A stretch of DNA of 64,000 nt from Candidatus Dormibacteria bacterium (lineage in GTDB: Bacteria > Chloroflexota > Dormibacteria > DASZGP01). The notes under the pieces are model-generated. The model worked only from the letters and a program-made list of their open reading frames with translations. It ran no database searches and was not told the DNA's origin. Location: NCBI GenBank assembly GCA_050998755.1, contig JBPCPW010000013.1:5668-69667 (forward strand). Reading direction: 5' to 3'. The position numbers were made by a program, and so were the translations under genes. The stretch's first letter is position 1; each line of letters begins with the position of its first letter. Positions 54,058-64,000 of the stretch are shown here, one piece after another.

Positions 54058-56795
54058 TGCGTCCGCGCCTGCGTCGCGTAGGTCTTCTGTCGATCCTGAC
54101 TGTTGGCGTCGCCATGCTCGGAATTGGCACCGCCCCCGCCGTCCTCGGCAGCGGGATGGTCACGGTCGGGGTGGGTGGTGCGGCCGCGGCCAGTGCGCCG
54201 TTCTCCGGCGGGCCGCTCACCGGCACTGGCGACGGCGGCGGCCTGACCGGGCGACCGCCCACCTGCACTGCCGCCACGGCCTGCGACTCGACCGCCGTCC
54301 ACCTGGCGGCACCAGCGGGCTACACCTCCACGCACGACATCGAGCTGGTCACGACTGTGACGTTCACCGCTGTCCCCGGCGCGGGCCTGGACAGCTTCCT
54401 CGAGGACGCGCAGGGCAACTCCGTTGCCAGCAACACCAGCAGCGCATCGCCGTCGGTGATCAAGGCCGCCAAGCTGCAGCCGGGCGATTACACGCTCTAC
54501 GTGGTGGGCGACGTGGGGATCAACACCAGCTACACCGGGACGGCACAGGCCAATGGCACGCCGAAGGTGGTCACCAAAACCGTGGGCGCGCTTCCCGCCG
54601 ACATCAGCTTTGCCCCCTCCACGGTGGTGTCGCCACTGATCCTCGGCGCCGAGCCCCAGCTGAGCATGGAGCGTCCCCAGGCCAACAGCGTCGCGGGGGC
54701 AGTGGATCCCAAGCGCGGCTTCATCGACTGGCCCCTCAGCTCACGCACCAATATCGGCACACTGTGGCGCACGGTGAACGGCGGCGACAGCTATCGCCAG
54801 CTGCTGGACACCAACTGCGCCGTACGGCAGCGGCCCAACTGCTACACCGGCGGCGGCGGTGACACCGTCAACCGCGTCAACAACTACGACGGTGCGGTTC
54901 TGTTCGGTGACCAGGAGGCGCTGGCGGCCGAGGCCTATGCGCAGTCCAACGACCACGGCGACACCTTCCCTCCGACCAGCCAGCAGGTGGCCACCGCCGG
55001 TGGAACGGGGGTCGATCGCCAGTGGATCAGCTCCGTGGACAAGCCTGGCGTGATGGCCGGCCCGGTCGTGCCATTTGAGCTCGAGGGCATCTTCAGCTAC
55101 CACATCCCGGGTGCGGGCGAGTATGTCAGCGGCATCGACAAGCTGGGTGCGGTCCCCGTCATCCCGGCTCTCGCCCCGGTGATCATCGATGTCGGTCAGA
55201 GCGGACCCAGCCGCATCGACACCACCGGCGGTCCCGGGGACAAGTACTTCTACCAGGTGTACCGCACCCTCACGACCGGCGCGACCATGGTGGCCTCGGC
55301 GCCGCTGAGCGGGTACCAGACACCCGCCGCCTACCACTCGTCGATCATCACCAACGAGTCGGCAGTGGTGTTTCCCTGGATCGCACTGGACACGGCGGGG
55401 AACCTGTACGCGGCCTGGATCTCGCCCGCGGACCACAACCTGTACATGGAGTACTCGCTGATCCACGACCATGCCAATGACCCCAGCAAGGGCGGCATCC
55501 CCGGCAGCAAGTGGAGCAAGAAGGTGCGGGTCAACCCGACCCCGCTGACCAGTGTGATCTTCCCGGAGATGGTCGCCGGCGACCCTGGCCACGTCGCCTT
55601 CACCTACTATGGCAGCCCGGATTACGTCGGCGCGTCGAGTACCGCGCCCAACACCGCGCGCTGGTGGGCGTGGTCCACGATGACCGACAATGCCACCTCC
55701 AACGCACCGACCTTTTTGACCGGCCCCGTCTCGCACCGCGTGGCCCACACCGGCCAGATCTGCACCAACGGCACCACCTGCGTCGCGCCCCCCGGCCAGG
55801 ACCGGTCTCTCGCGGACATGATCGACATCACCATGGATGCCGACGGCCGGCCGTCGGTGGTCTACCAGGACAACAACAACGCCTTCGCCCGCGACACCGC
55901 GTCAAGCAACCAGCAGGGTGGCCCGCACGTGATGTTCGCCAAGATCGCCAATGGCCCGTCTTTGCTGCTGGGACACGGGCCGTACAACCTGACGTATCCA
56001 ACCGACTTCCGCTCCAGCCCCGCGGGTGACGCCACCTGGCCGAACCACCTGACCGGTGCCGCCAACCTGCCGTCGCTCGACGTATTGGGAGCCGGTGCGT
56101 TTGTCAGCGGACAGCAACTGAAGGGTCGGATCGACCTCGCCGACGCCAGCACCGCGGGGATGACGCGCGACCTCGCCGCCTACAACGCCGCGCGCGGGGT
56201 TGACCTGCCGGCGCAGCGTCTCCAGTACGTGGTGAGGTTTGCCACGGCCAAGGACGTCTACTACATGGCCTTCGACACCGACGGCGCCGGCGTCACGCGG
56301 GCCTACGGCGGCAAGCTGGACGCGACCAGCGCGATCTCCAACGGGTCGTCCAACGTCGGCACGACCTACGACCCGCAGGCTGCCTACCCGGTGACGGCGG
56401 AGGTGCAGGGGAAATCGCTGGTCTTCACCGCCCCCCTGTCGGAGTTCGGCGTGGCCCGGGGCAGCACGCTCTACAGCCTCACCGGCTTCGCCATTGCGGG
56501 TCCCAGCAACACCTCCCTGGTCGCCGCCAACCTGGACGCCACGATTGTTGGCATCGACCGGGTGGTCGACGCCTCACCGCCGCTCGATGCGGTCCTTGGT
56601 ACATCGACCCTTGACCAGGCCGGCAATGGAGGCCCGGGGGCAAACGCCGGCGGCGGCGGCGGGACGCCCAACACCAGCTCTGGTCTGCCACTATGGCCGG
56701 CGGTCCCGGCGGTCCCGGCGGTCCCGGCGGTCGCCATTCTTACGGCCCTGGGGCTGAACGAGGGACGCCGGCGCCGGAGGGCGCAGACCCGCTAG
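54058..56795 (+). CDS. Large secreted cell-surface protein, possibly BNR/Asp-box beta-propeller-like, with a C-terminal sorting-signal-like anchor.
   Basis: Signal peptide MRPRLRRVGLLSILTVGVAMLGIGTAPAVLG. Asp-box-like SNDHGDTF. (PAV)4 repeat, then GLPLWP...ILTALGLNEGRRRRR. Confidence 0.45.
56698..56733 (+). repeat. Tandem 9-bp repeat (cggcggtcc x3.5) encoding (PAV)n within the anchor of the 991-aa protein.
   Basis: Read directly from the sequence. Confidence 0.8.
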
Positions 56796-57757
56796 GCCGC
56801 CGCCTCGCCGCACCGGAAGTTGCGGCGGTAGAGCTGAGGCGAGATCCCCCGGTGGCGGGAGAAGTGCTGCCGGAGGGTGGCCGCGGTGCCGAAGCCGGTT
56901 TGCTGCGCGACCTGCTCGACGTCCAGCTCGGTCTCCTCAAGCAGGCGCTGGGCCATCCGGATGCGCTGTGAGTTGATCCAGCGGTGGGGGGTCGTCCCGG
57001 TCACCGCCACGAACCGGCGGTTGAAGGTCCGGACCGACATCAGCGCGCGCGCCGCGAGGTCGCCGACCGCCAGCGGCTGGTCCAGGTGGGCCTGCACCCA
57101 GTCCAGGATCAGCGCCAGGTCGTCGCCGGGAACATGGTCCGAAACCGGGGTCTCGATGTACTGCGCCTGGCCACCGTCGCGGTGCGGCGGGACCACCATG
57201 CGCCTGGCGACGTCGTTGGCCACGGCAGCGCCATGCTCCTGACGGAGGATGTGCAGGCAGAGGTCGATGCCCGCCGCGGTTCCCGCGCTGGTCAGCACCG
57301 AGCCGTCGTCCACGTAGAGGACGTTGGGGTCCACCTCGATCGCCGGGTAGCGTCGGGCAAGCTCGGCCGCGTGCCGCCAGTGGGTGGTGGCCCGGCGGCC
57401 GTCCAACAGACCGGCAGCAGCCAGGACGAACGCGCCCGTGCACACGCTCATGACGCGCGCGCCGCGTCGCACCGCATCGCGCAATGCCTCAAGAACCTCA
57501 GGCGCAGGCGGAGCGTCGACCTGGTCCCAGCCCGGGATCGCGATGAGGTCCGCCGCGGCCAGCCTTTCCAGTCCGAAGGGCACATCGATCCGGAAGCCCA
57601 CCTGGGTCATCAGAGGGCCGGGTTTGACGGCGCAGACCGCGAAGTCGTAGGCCGGCAGCCCATCGCTGGTCCGGTCGAATCCGAATACCTCACAGATGAC
57701 CCCCAACTCAAACGGCGAGGAGTTCTCCCCGATGAATGCGACGACGTTTTTCAGCAC
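56792..57757 (-). CDS. GlxA-family regulator (DJ-1/PfpI domain + AraC HTH).
   Basis: DJ-1 nucleophile elbow context VMSVCTGAFVLAAAGLLDGRRATTHW. C-terminal AraC HTH. Confidence 0.78.
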   Translation of the reverse strand: MLKNVVAFIGENSSPFELGVICEVFGFDRTSDGLPAYDFAVCAVKPGPLMTQVGFRIDVPFGLERLAAADLIAIPGWDQVDAPPAPEVLEALRDAVRRGARVMSVCTGAFVLAAAGLLDGRRATTHWRHAAELARRYPAIEVDPNVLYVDDGSVLTSAGTAAGIDLCLHILRQEHGAAVANDVARRMVVPPHRDGGQAQYIETPVSDHVPGDDLALILDWVQAHLDQPLAVGDLAARALMSVRTFNRRFVAVTGTTPHRWINSQRIRMAQRLLEETELDVEQVAQQTGFGTAATLRQHFSRHRGISPQLYRRNFRCGEAAA

Positions 57758-57967
57758 CGCCCCAGTATGGCAGAAATCACGCGCACATTGGCGTTTGCGC
57801 CACTTTCAAGTTCAGCCGGCGGCCGCCACTATGAGTCTCATGGAACTACTGATCGCCTTCATCGCCCTGACCATCATCGGCATCGCCGCCCAGTTCATCG
57901 GCAACGACAGCCGCGACGGCTTCGACTCTGCGCCCCGTGACGGCTGGAACCTGCAGCGCCAGCACGG

Positions 57968-59020
57968 CTAACCCGCCTGCAGCTGCAGGACATAGTTGAT
58001 GTAGAAGAGGACGAGTCCTGCTGACCCAGTCAGCAGGACATCGCCGTTCTCGCGCCCGTCGCGCATCAGCAGCAGGCCGTCGTTGTACTGCACCACGTGG
58101 CGTAGCGACGACAGCGGGAAGGAGAACGACTTGAGGTCACCAACGAACCCCAGGCGCTGGTTGGTGACCACGAACTGGCCCGACCCCAGCTTCGCCAACT
58201 CCCCGGCTTTCAGCGACTGTCCCCGGTAGCTGCCCACCAGGTAGGGGATCCCCGTCTTGGCCATCGGGAAGCTCAATCCCTGGGTCCCGGCCCCGGTGCT
58301 CGCCGCGGTCTTCTGGCGCGCCAGTTCCGCGGGCCGCGCGAGGTAGGCGCGCTCACCCACGCGCAGGTCCAGCGGGGAGCTGATCTCCGGAGGCCCGGAC
58401 ACTGTCAGCTGCGCCGCGGTGAAGAGCGCATCAATCCCCATCTCGCCGGTTGCCGTGTCGCGCAACTCGGCCTCCTGGTTGAGCGCCCGGACCCGCCCCA
58501 ACAGCGCATCGACCTCCACCTGCGTGGTGCTCGCCCGGGTCTCCATGTACTCCGCCTTGCCGTGCACCTGGGCCACCGCCGGCAGGGTCGTGCCGAAGGA
58601 GCGACCGAGTTCCGCCAGCATCACCCGCAACTGGCTCCCGCGCTCCTCCCGTGCCTGCCGCTCGTCGGGGGTTTCCGAAGCCGTCTTCCTGCGCCCGAAG
58701 AGGCCACCCAGCCCGCCCTTCTTGTCGCCCGGGCCGGCGGCGGCGAGATCGTCCATCGCCTTGATCGCCCTCATCGCGTCGGCCAGGGGTGCCGCCGCCT
58801 GGGGATGGCTGTCGGCCCACTCGCCCGGCCTCCCCACCAGGATCATTCCCGCCTCGACAAAGCGCGCTATGGCGTCGGTGCGAAGTTTGGCCGCAGTCGT
58901 CGCCAGAAGCTCCGCCTCCTGCTCCAGCCGGCGTGCCTCCGCACGGAGTTCGTCGACCGGTGCCATGGTCACCGTCGACTCCGCCAGCTTCACGGTGCGC
59001 ATCTCGGCCTGGTCAGACAT
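57968..59020 (-). CDS. Hypothetical protein (350 aa); C-terminal bacterial PH/GRAM-like region possible.
   Basis: Coding ORF; nothing firm. Confidence 0.4.
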   Translation of the reverse strand: MSDQAEMRTVKLAESTVTMAPVDELRAEARRLEQEAELLATTAAKLRTDAIARFVEAGMILVGRPGEWADSHPQAAAPLADAMRAIKAMDDLAAAGPGDKKGGLGGLFGRRKTASETPDERQAREERGSQLRVMLAELGRSFGTTLPAVAQVHGKAEYMETRASTTQVEVDALLGRVRALNQEAELRDTATGEMGIDALFTAAQLTVSGPPEISSPLDLRVGERAYLARPAELARQKTAASTGAGTQGLSFPMAKTGIPYLVGSYRGQSLKAGELAKLGSGQFVVTNQRLGFVGDLKSFSFPLSSLRHVVQYNDGLLLMRDGRENGDVLLTGSAGLVLFYINYVLQLQAG

Positions 59021-59055
59021 GACTACGCCACCATACGGCAGCTACTGCCGAAAGG

Positions 59056-59778
59056 TCAGCCGGGCATCGCCCGCGCGACCGACTCTTCGACGGCCCGGCT
59101 CATGCTGCGCCGCAGGCTGGCCATGGTCGCCTCTCCCGCCAGCGGGCGCGTCCGCTCGAAGACCTCGCTGACCTGCGCCCACTCGTCAACCGGCCGGCCG
59201 CGCTGTTCGAAGGGCTGCCATACCGCCTCCTCAAAGAGCTCGACAAAGACCCGCGCGATGGCGTCGGTGGCAGCCGTCAGCTTCTCGTGGGAGCGGAGGA
59301 TGGCCTCCAGCGGCAAACCCTCGCGCACCAGCTCGGCGGCGACATTGAGCAGCACCGGGCTGGCCACCTCGAAACGGTCGTCTGCGACGTCACGAATCAG
59401 CCCCAGGTGCTCAGCGCGGGCCAGGTTCTGAGCCCGTGCGGACTCGTCGGTCTCCACAGGTCCGAGGCGGGCGGTCAGCTCGTCGCGGGTGACAACGATC
59501 GGCTCCTCGTCGTCCCACGGCCGAAGCACGGAGCGTCGAAGCTCCATCGCCTCGGCGGCGGCGCCGGTTGGTGTGTGTTCGAGCATCACCCGGATGGCGC
59601 CGAGGTTGAGGCCCTCGGCCTGCAGGTCCATGATCATCCGGACCCGTGCGAGGTGATCATCGGTGTACAGCCCGGTCCGGCCCTGGAGTTCAGGCGGCGG
59701 CAGCAGGCCACGCGACTGGTGCGCGCGGATGCTGCGCACCGTCATCCCCGACGCCTGGGCCACCTGGTCGATGGTCAT
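59056..59778 (-). CDS. MerR-family transcriptional regulator (start taken at MTIDQVAQASG).
   Basis: MTIDQVAQASGMTVRSIRAHQSRGLLPPP N-terminal MerR HTH. Confidence 0.75.
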   Translation of the reverse strand: MTIDQVAQASGMTVRSIRAHQSRGLLPPPELQGRTGLYTDDHLARVRMIMDLQAEGLNLGAIRVMLEHTPTGAAAEAMELRRSVLRPWDDEEPIVVTRDELTARLGPVETDESARAQNLARAEHLGLIRDVADDRFEVASPVLLNVAAELVREGLPLEAILRSHEKLTAATDAIARVFVELFEEAVWQPFEQRGRPVDEWAQVSEVFERTRPLAGEATMASLRRSMSRAVEESVARAMPG

Positions 59779-59790
59779 GGCCACGCCGTT

Positions 59791-59860
59791 GACTTTATCA
59801 TCCGTTATGTGACATAGTGCATGTGACATCATTCAATGTCATGGATGGAGTAAGAGAATC
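59791..59860 (+). promoter_or_regulatory. Divergent promoter region with a MerR-style architecture: TTGACT -35-like hexamer, a ~19-bp spacer, and ATGTGACAT direct repeats with an inverted ATGTCAT.
   Basis: ttgactttatcatccgttatgtgacatagtgcatgtgacatcattcaatgtcat. An AT-rich island in a 70% GC background. Confidence 0.45.
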
Positions 59861-59863
59861 ACG

Positions 59864-61450
59864 ATGATCACCACCCCCGCGGCGGCCACCACCAGCCAGC
59901 GACCGACGAGCCCAGTGTTCCGCGCGGCGCCCGCCGCCGGGGACGGCTCGCTACCCCACTTCAAGATCGCCATCATCGGCACCGGGTTTGCCGGGCTGGG
60001 GATGGCGATACGCCTGCTGCAGAAGGGCGAGCGCGACTTCGTCGTCCTCGAGCGGGCCGGCGAGGTGGGCGGAACCTGGCGCGACAACACCTACCCTGGT
60101 TGCCAATGCGACGTCCCATCCCACCTCTACTCCTTCTCGTTTGCGCCGAACCCCAACTGGACGCGCGCCTTCTCGCGACAGCCGGAGATCTGGGAGTACC
60201 TGCGGGGCTGTGTGCGCAAATTCGGCGTCACCCCCCACATTCGCTTCAACCACGCCGTGACGATGGCCTCCTGGGACGAGGACAAGCAGCGCTGGACCAT
60301 CGAAACCGCAGGCGGCACGATCACCGCGAACGTCATGATCTCGGGCATGGGCGGGCTCAGCGAACCGTTCATTCCGCCCCTCGCCGGGCTGGACAAGTTC
60401 AAGGGCACGTACTTCCACTCGGCCACCTGGAACCATGAGCACGATCTCAAGGGGCGCCGGGTTGCGGTGGTCGGGACGGGCGCCTCCTCCATCCAGTTCG
60501 TCCCGCGGATCCAGCGGGAGGTGGGGCAGATGTTCCTCTACCAGCGCACGCCGCCCTGGATCATGCCCCACCGCGACAAGCGCCTGGCGGCCTGGAAGCA
60601 CCGCCTCTACAACCGCTTCCCCGCGGCGCAGAAGTTGGTACGGAGCCTCATCTACTGGGGCCGTGAGGGTTTCGTCCCCTTCTTCATCAACGAGAAGCTG
60701 GCGGGCGTGCCCAAAGGTATCGCCCTCAAGCACCTCGAGAACCAGGTGGCGGACCCGGGGCTGCGGGCCCGGCTGACACCTGATTACCAGGTTGGCTGCA
60801 AGCGCATCCTGATCTCCAACGACTACTACCCCGCGCTGCAACAGCCCAACGTGGAGGTGGTGAGCGATGGGATCAAGGAGATCCGTGAGCACTCGATTGT
60901 CAGCACCGATGGAACCGAGCGCGAGGTTGACACCATCATCTTCGGAACCGGGTTCCACGTCACCGATTCGCCATATGCCGAGCGCATCCGCGGCCGCGAC
61001 GGGCAGCTGCTGTCCGAGGTCTTCGAGGGTAGCCCCCAGGCCCTGCGCGGGACCACGGTGGCGGGTTTCCCCAACGCCTTCATCCTGCTCGGGCCGAACA
61101 CCGGGCTGGGGCACACCTCGGTGGTGGTGATGGTCGAGGCCCAGGTCAACTACGTCCTGGATTGCCTGCGATTCATGGATCGCAATGACGCCGTCACCAT
61201 CGAGGCCCGCGACGACGCGCAGCAGGTCTACAACCAGAAGCTCCAGGGCGAGCTTAAGGACACCGTGTGGAATGCCGGCGGCTGCTCCAGCTGGTATCTC
61301 GACGCCAGCGGCCGCAACTCAACCCTGTGGCCTACCTACACCTGGAAGTTCATTCGCGAAATGCGCCATTTCCGTCCGGCGGAATTCAACGTCCGCAGTG
61401 GGCAGCGGGCGCGCAGCGGCGAGCCCGCGTTGAAAGAGGCGACGGCATGA
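59864..61450 (+). CDS. Class B flavoprotein monooxygenase (Baeyer-Villiger type).
   Basis: FAD GxGxxG IAIIGTGFAGLG. BVMO fingerprint FKGTYFHSATW (FxGxxxHxxxW). Second Rossmann VAVVGTGASS. Confidence 0.8.
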   Translation: MITTPAAATTSQRPTSPVFRAAPAAGDGSLPHFKIAIIGTGFAGLGMAIRLLQKGERDFVVLERAGEVGGTWRDNTYPGCQCDVPSHLYSFSFAPNPNWTRAFSRQPEIWEYLRGCVRKFGVTPHIRFNHAVTMASWDEDKQRWTIETAGGTITANVMISGMGGLSEPFIPPLAGLDKFKGTYFHSATWNHEHDLKGRRVAVVGTGASSIQFVPRIQREVGQMFLYQRTPPWIMPHRDKRLAAWKHRLYNRFPAAQKLVRSLIYWGREGFVPFFINEKLAGVPKGIALKHLENQVADPGLRARLTPDYQVGCKRILISNDYYPALQQPNVEVVSDGIKEIREHSIVSTDGTEREVDTIIFGTGFHVTDSPYAERIRGRDGQLLSEVFEGSPQALRGTTVAGFPNAFILLGPNTGLGHTSVVVMVEAQVNYVLDCLRFMDRNDAVTIEARDDAQQVYNQKLQGELKDTVWNAGGCSSWYLDASGRNSTLWPTYTWKFIREMRHFRPAEFNVRSGQRARSGEPALKEATA

Positions 61451-62415
61451 CGGCGGCGGCCGCACCGACCCCTGCGCCGGCGACCCCGGGGGCAACCGCG
61501 TTCGGCATCGCGAATGGCAATTGGGAATCCCGCACCGTCGACCTTGGCGGCGGGCCGATCCACTACGCCGACTTCGGCGGTGCCGGGCCGGTCATGGTGC
61601 TGGTGCACGGGATCGCCAGCTCCCATCTCAACTGGATGGGAATCGGTCCGCGCCTGGCCGAGAACCACCGCGTTTACGCCGTGGACCTCCCGGGCTACGG
61701 GCTGAGCGAACTGCGGGACCCGGCCACCGTGCACAACTCTCAGAAGTACCTCGATCGCTTCATCGACCACGTCTCCGGCGGGGAGAAGGTCATCGTCTTC
61801 GGCCACTCGATGGGCGGGCTCGTGTCCCTGCTCGAGGTCGCCGCACACCCGGAGAAGGTCTCCGAGCTGATCCTGATGGCGCCGGCCGCGCCCTTCCCTC
61901 GTCGCGCCGTGATCGGACCTCTGCTATTCCCCGTCCTCTTTGCGCTGCTGGCTCCCAAGCGCAGTGCCGCAATCATGCGCCGGACTGGCGGCAGGCTGCC
62001 CACCGACAGGGTGGTGCGCGAGACGCTGAAGCGCATCAGCGCTCCGACCTCAACCCTGCCCGAGGATATCGTGCAGGCTCATGTCGACCTGGTGAGCCAC
62101 CAGCGCGAGAGGTACGACTGGGTGGAGCGCGCGCTGATCGAGTCGGCGGCCTCGATAACCAGGACGACAACGCGCCGCCGCCAGTATCGACGGATGCTCC
62201 AGGACCTGCGCGTGCCCACGCTGCTGATGCACGGGACGCGCGACAAGCTGGTGCCCTACAAGGCCGGGATATGGCTCCACAGGATGCGGCCCGACTGGTC
62301 GTGGCGGCCACTCTACGGAATCGGGCACATGGTGCAGATGGAGGACGAGGACCAGGTGCTGACGATCGTGAAGGAGTGGGAGATGGCGCAGAAGTTCATG
62401 GGGACAACGGCATGA
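61447..62415 (+). CDS. Alpha/beta-hydrolase (esterase).
   Basis: GHSMGG nucleophile elbow. ATGA overlap with the monooxygenase stop. Confidence 0.75.
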   Translation: MTAAAAPTPAPATPGATAFGIANGNWESRTVDLGGGPIHYADFGGAGPVMVLVHGIASSHLNWMGIGPRLAENHRVYAVDLPGYGLSELRDPATVHNSQKYLDRFIDHVSGGEKVIVFGHSMGGLVSLLEVAAHPEKVSELILMAPAAPFPRRAVIGPLLFPVLFALLAPKRSAAIMRRTGGRLPTDRVVRETLKRISAPTSTLPEDIVQAHVDLVSHQRERYDWVERALIESAASITRTTTRRRQYRRMLQDLRVPTLLMHGTRDKLVPYKAGIWLHRMRPDWSWRPLYGIGHMVQMEDEDQVLTIVKEWEMAQKFMGTTA

Positions 62416-63197
62416 GGTTCGAACTGCAGGGCAAGCGCGTGCTGCTCACCGGCGCGGCCGGCGGCATCGGACAGGCGACGGCGAATGAGCTGCGGGCACA
62501 GGGTGCAACGGTGGTCGGGGCCGACCTCCGCGGAACAGAGGAGATCATCGCCGCGGACGTCCGCGACGCGGGGTCGATGCGTGCGGCCGTCAGCGAGGCC
62601 GTGGCGCGCCTCGGGGGCCTTGACATCCTCGTCAACTGCGCCGGCATCGGCACTGTCCAGGACGCCGGCGACATCCCCGACGAAGAGACCCGCCGCACCA
62701 TCGACATCAACCTGATGGGGCCGTGGATCACCACCGCCGCGGCACTGCCGCACCTGCTCCAGTCGCAGGGACACGTGGTGATTGTGACCAGCGTCCTGGC
62801 AGTGGCGACCACGCCTTTCTCGGCTGCCTACAGCGCCAGCAAGCACGCCCTCGATGCCTACGCCAATGCGCTGCGCATGGAGTACGACGGGCGGGTGTCG
62901 GTGAGCACCGTTCGTCCGGGGTACATCAAGACCGCGATCCACGACGGCCCCGCGACACGCGGCGTGTCACTGGACGGGGTCACCAACGTCGATACCGTGG
63001 AGCAGGCGGCGGCGGCGATCGCCCGCGCCTGCACCCGCCGCCCGCGCACCGTGACCACCAGCCGTTCCACGGGGTTCAGCATCTTCATGGCCCAGCATTT
63101 CCCCGGCGTGGTGGAATCGGTGATCATTCGCCGCGGTCGCAAACGGATCGTCGCTCTCGGGGCTGCACCGGCGGAGGCGCCGGCCGGCGCCGAATAG
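62412..63197 (+). CDS. Short-chain dehydrogenase/reductase (SDR).
   Basis: TGAAGGIGQA cofactor motif. YSASK catalytic dyad. ATGA overlap with the upstream gene. Confidence 0.8.
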   Translation: MRFELQGKRVLLTGAAGGIGQATANELRAQGATVVGADLRGTEEIIAADVRDAGSMRAAVSEAVARLGGLDILVNCAGIGTVQDAGDIPDEETRRTIDINLMGPWITTAAALPHLLQSQGHVVIVTSVLAVATTPFSAAYSASKHALDAYANALRMEYDGRVSVSTVRPGYIKTAIHDGPATRGVSLDGVTNVDTVEQAAAAIARACTRRPRTVTTSRSTGFSIFMAQHFPGVVESVIIRRGRKRIVALGAAPAEAPAGAE

Positions 63198-63221
63198 CCG
63201 ACACCGTGAGTGCGGTTCTGG

Positions 63222-63998
63222 CTAGCCTCCGGCCGGCTGCTGGAAGCGGCTGAGGAATGCCCCGGCCACCGCGGCGTGACCCAGGGTGCTGGGATGGAAA
63301 CCGTCGGTGCCGACATATTCGGGGTGGTCCACCGGCACCTCGCCCTGCGCGTGGAGGTCGACCAGCTCCGCGCCCTCCTGCTTGATGACCGCTGCAATCG
63401 CCACGTTGTAGGCATCCACCGCGGCGTTGATCTTCGCCGCGGTGAGCGACCGCACCGATTGCGGGCACTGGAACTGCGCGCTGCCGGAAAGACACGCGAG
63501 GTACAGCGGCAGGCGATCGAGCCACGGGGTGTTGGCCACCAGCACGCGGGCGGTGCCGCCCTGGCGCATGGCATGCACCAGTTGAGTCAGCTGGGCCTGG
63601 TAGTCAGCGACGCTGACGCCGGCGTTGAGGTCATTGACGTTGAGCCAGACGGTGACCAGGGTGGGTTTGATGATCAGCGCCTTGGGCACCTCGTCGGTGA
63701 TGGCGCCGGCCACGGTCTCGCCCGAGATGCCGTAGTTGCGATAGGTCGCCCCCGGCGGCAGCGCGCTACCGGCAAAGACCGTCGGCCAGGCGTCCTTGCT
63801 GGGATTGGTGGACCCGATGCCCACGGTCTCGCTGGCGCCGACGGCGGCATAGACCACCGACGATTTCGTCGACGCAGATGGCGAGACTGCGGCGCTCGGA
63901 CTGGCGGCGGTACTGGCGCCCGACGATGTCGATCCGCCGCAGCCGGCAAGCGCCACGACGAACATGGCGGTCATCAGCGCACGCGAGGTCCCGACCAT
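63222..63998 (-). CDS. SGNH/GDSL-type hydrolase lipoprotein.
   Basis: Lipobox LAGCGG. Block I AAVGASET. Block V DGFHPS. Confidence 0.62.
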   Translation of the reverse strand: MVGTSRALMTAMFVVALAGCGGSTSSGASTAASPSAAVSPSASTKSSVVYAAVGASETVGIGSTNPSKDAWPTVFAGSALPPGATYRNYGISGETVAGAITDEVPKALIIKPTLVTVWLNVNDLNAGVSVADYQAQLTQLVHAMRQGGTARVLVANTPWLDRLPLYLACLSGSAQFQCPQSVRSLTAAKINAAVDAYNVAIAAVIKQEGAELVDLHAQGEVPVDHPEYVGTDGFHPSTLGHAAVAGAFLSRFQQPAGG

Positions 63999-64000
63999 CA

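Noticed and set aside
1-64000. Searched for CRISPR repeats, tRNA/rRNA genes, IS elements, integrases and phage structural genes
   Set aside because: None found. No regularly spaced repeats and no transposase or integrase motifs. Any mobility is inferred only from the direct repeats at 13751/15619 and the decay patch.

Overview
This is a 64-kb, very GC-rich (about 70%) and gene-dense chromosomal window. Its hallmarks suggest a high-GC Gram-positive organism, probably an actinobacterium: LPxTG-type sorting signals, AddAB/AdnAB-type recombination genes, many VapBC pairs, a WYL-domain regulator and frequent ATGA/GTGA start-stop overlaps. I found no rRNA, tRNA, CRISPR array, transposase or integrase.

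Layout from start to end:
- (1) An addB/addA-like helicase-nuclease pair on the minus strand at 1-5655; the downstream UvrD-type gene runs off the window edge.
- (2) A defence-island-like segment at 5.9-12 kb. It holds an HKD(PLD)-nuclease/SF2-helicase/DUF3427 fusion gene, convergent with a membrane-anchored Mrr-cat endonuclease-like gene and two unknown genes.
- (3) A 12-23 kb block tied together by a recurring GCGACA-N6-TGTCGC palindrome. The block contains a gene fusing an unknown N-terminal domain to a SpoT-type HD hydrolase. Next come a pnuC-nadR cassette bounded by ~68-bp direct repeats, a CX5R phosphatase and an ADP-ribosylglycohydrolase. It continues with an HDAC-like gene coupled to three tandem paralogous zinc-ribbon genes, a VapBC pair, a BrxR/CapW-like HTH-WYL regulator and two downstream unknowns.
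- (4) amt-glnK.
- (5) A toxin-antitoxin-rich stretch with five PIN-toxin pairs, a GNAT/AbrB pair and decayed fragments. Interspersed are a Fic protein, a glycosyltransferase, a TetR regulator, and an orphan sensor kinase with a STAND/LuxR regulator.
- (6) A set of very large secreted, sortase-signal-bearing proteins: two neutral-ceramidase-like proteins, a 1575-aa S8 protease with FG-GAP repeats, an esterase-like protein and a BNR-like protein.
- (7) A MerR-controlled Baeyer-Villiger monooxygenase/esterase/SDR operon and an SGNH lipoprotein.

The most interesting signal is the palindrome-defined regulon around the WYL regulator. It couples nucleotide-signal-type hydrolases (HD/SAH-like, DSP-like phosphatase, ADP-ribosylglycohydrolase, HDAC-like) with unknown paralogous genes.
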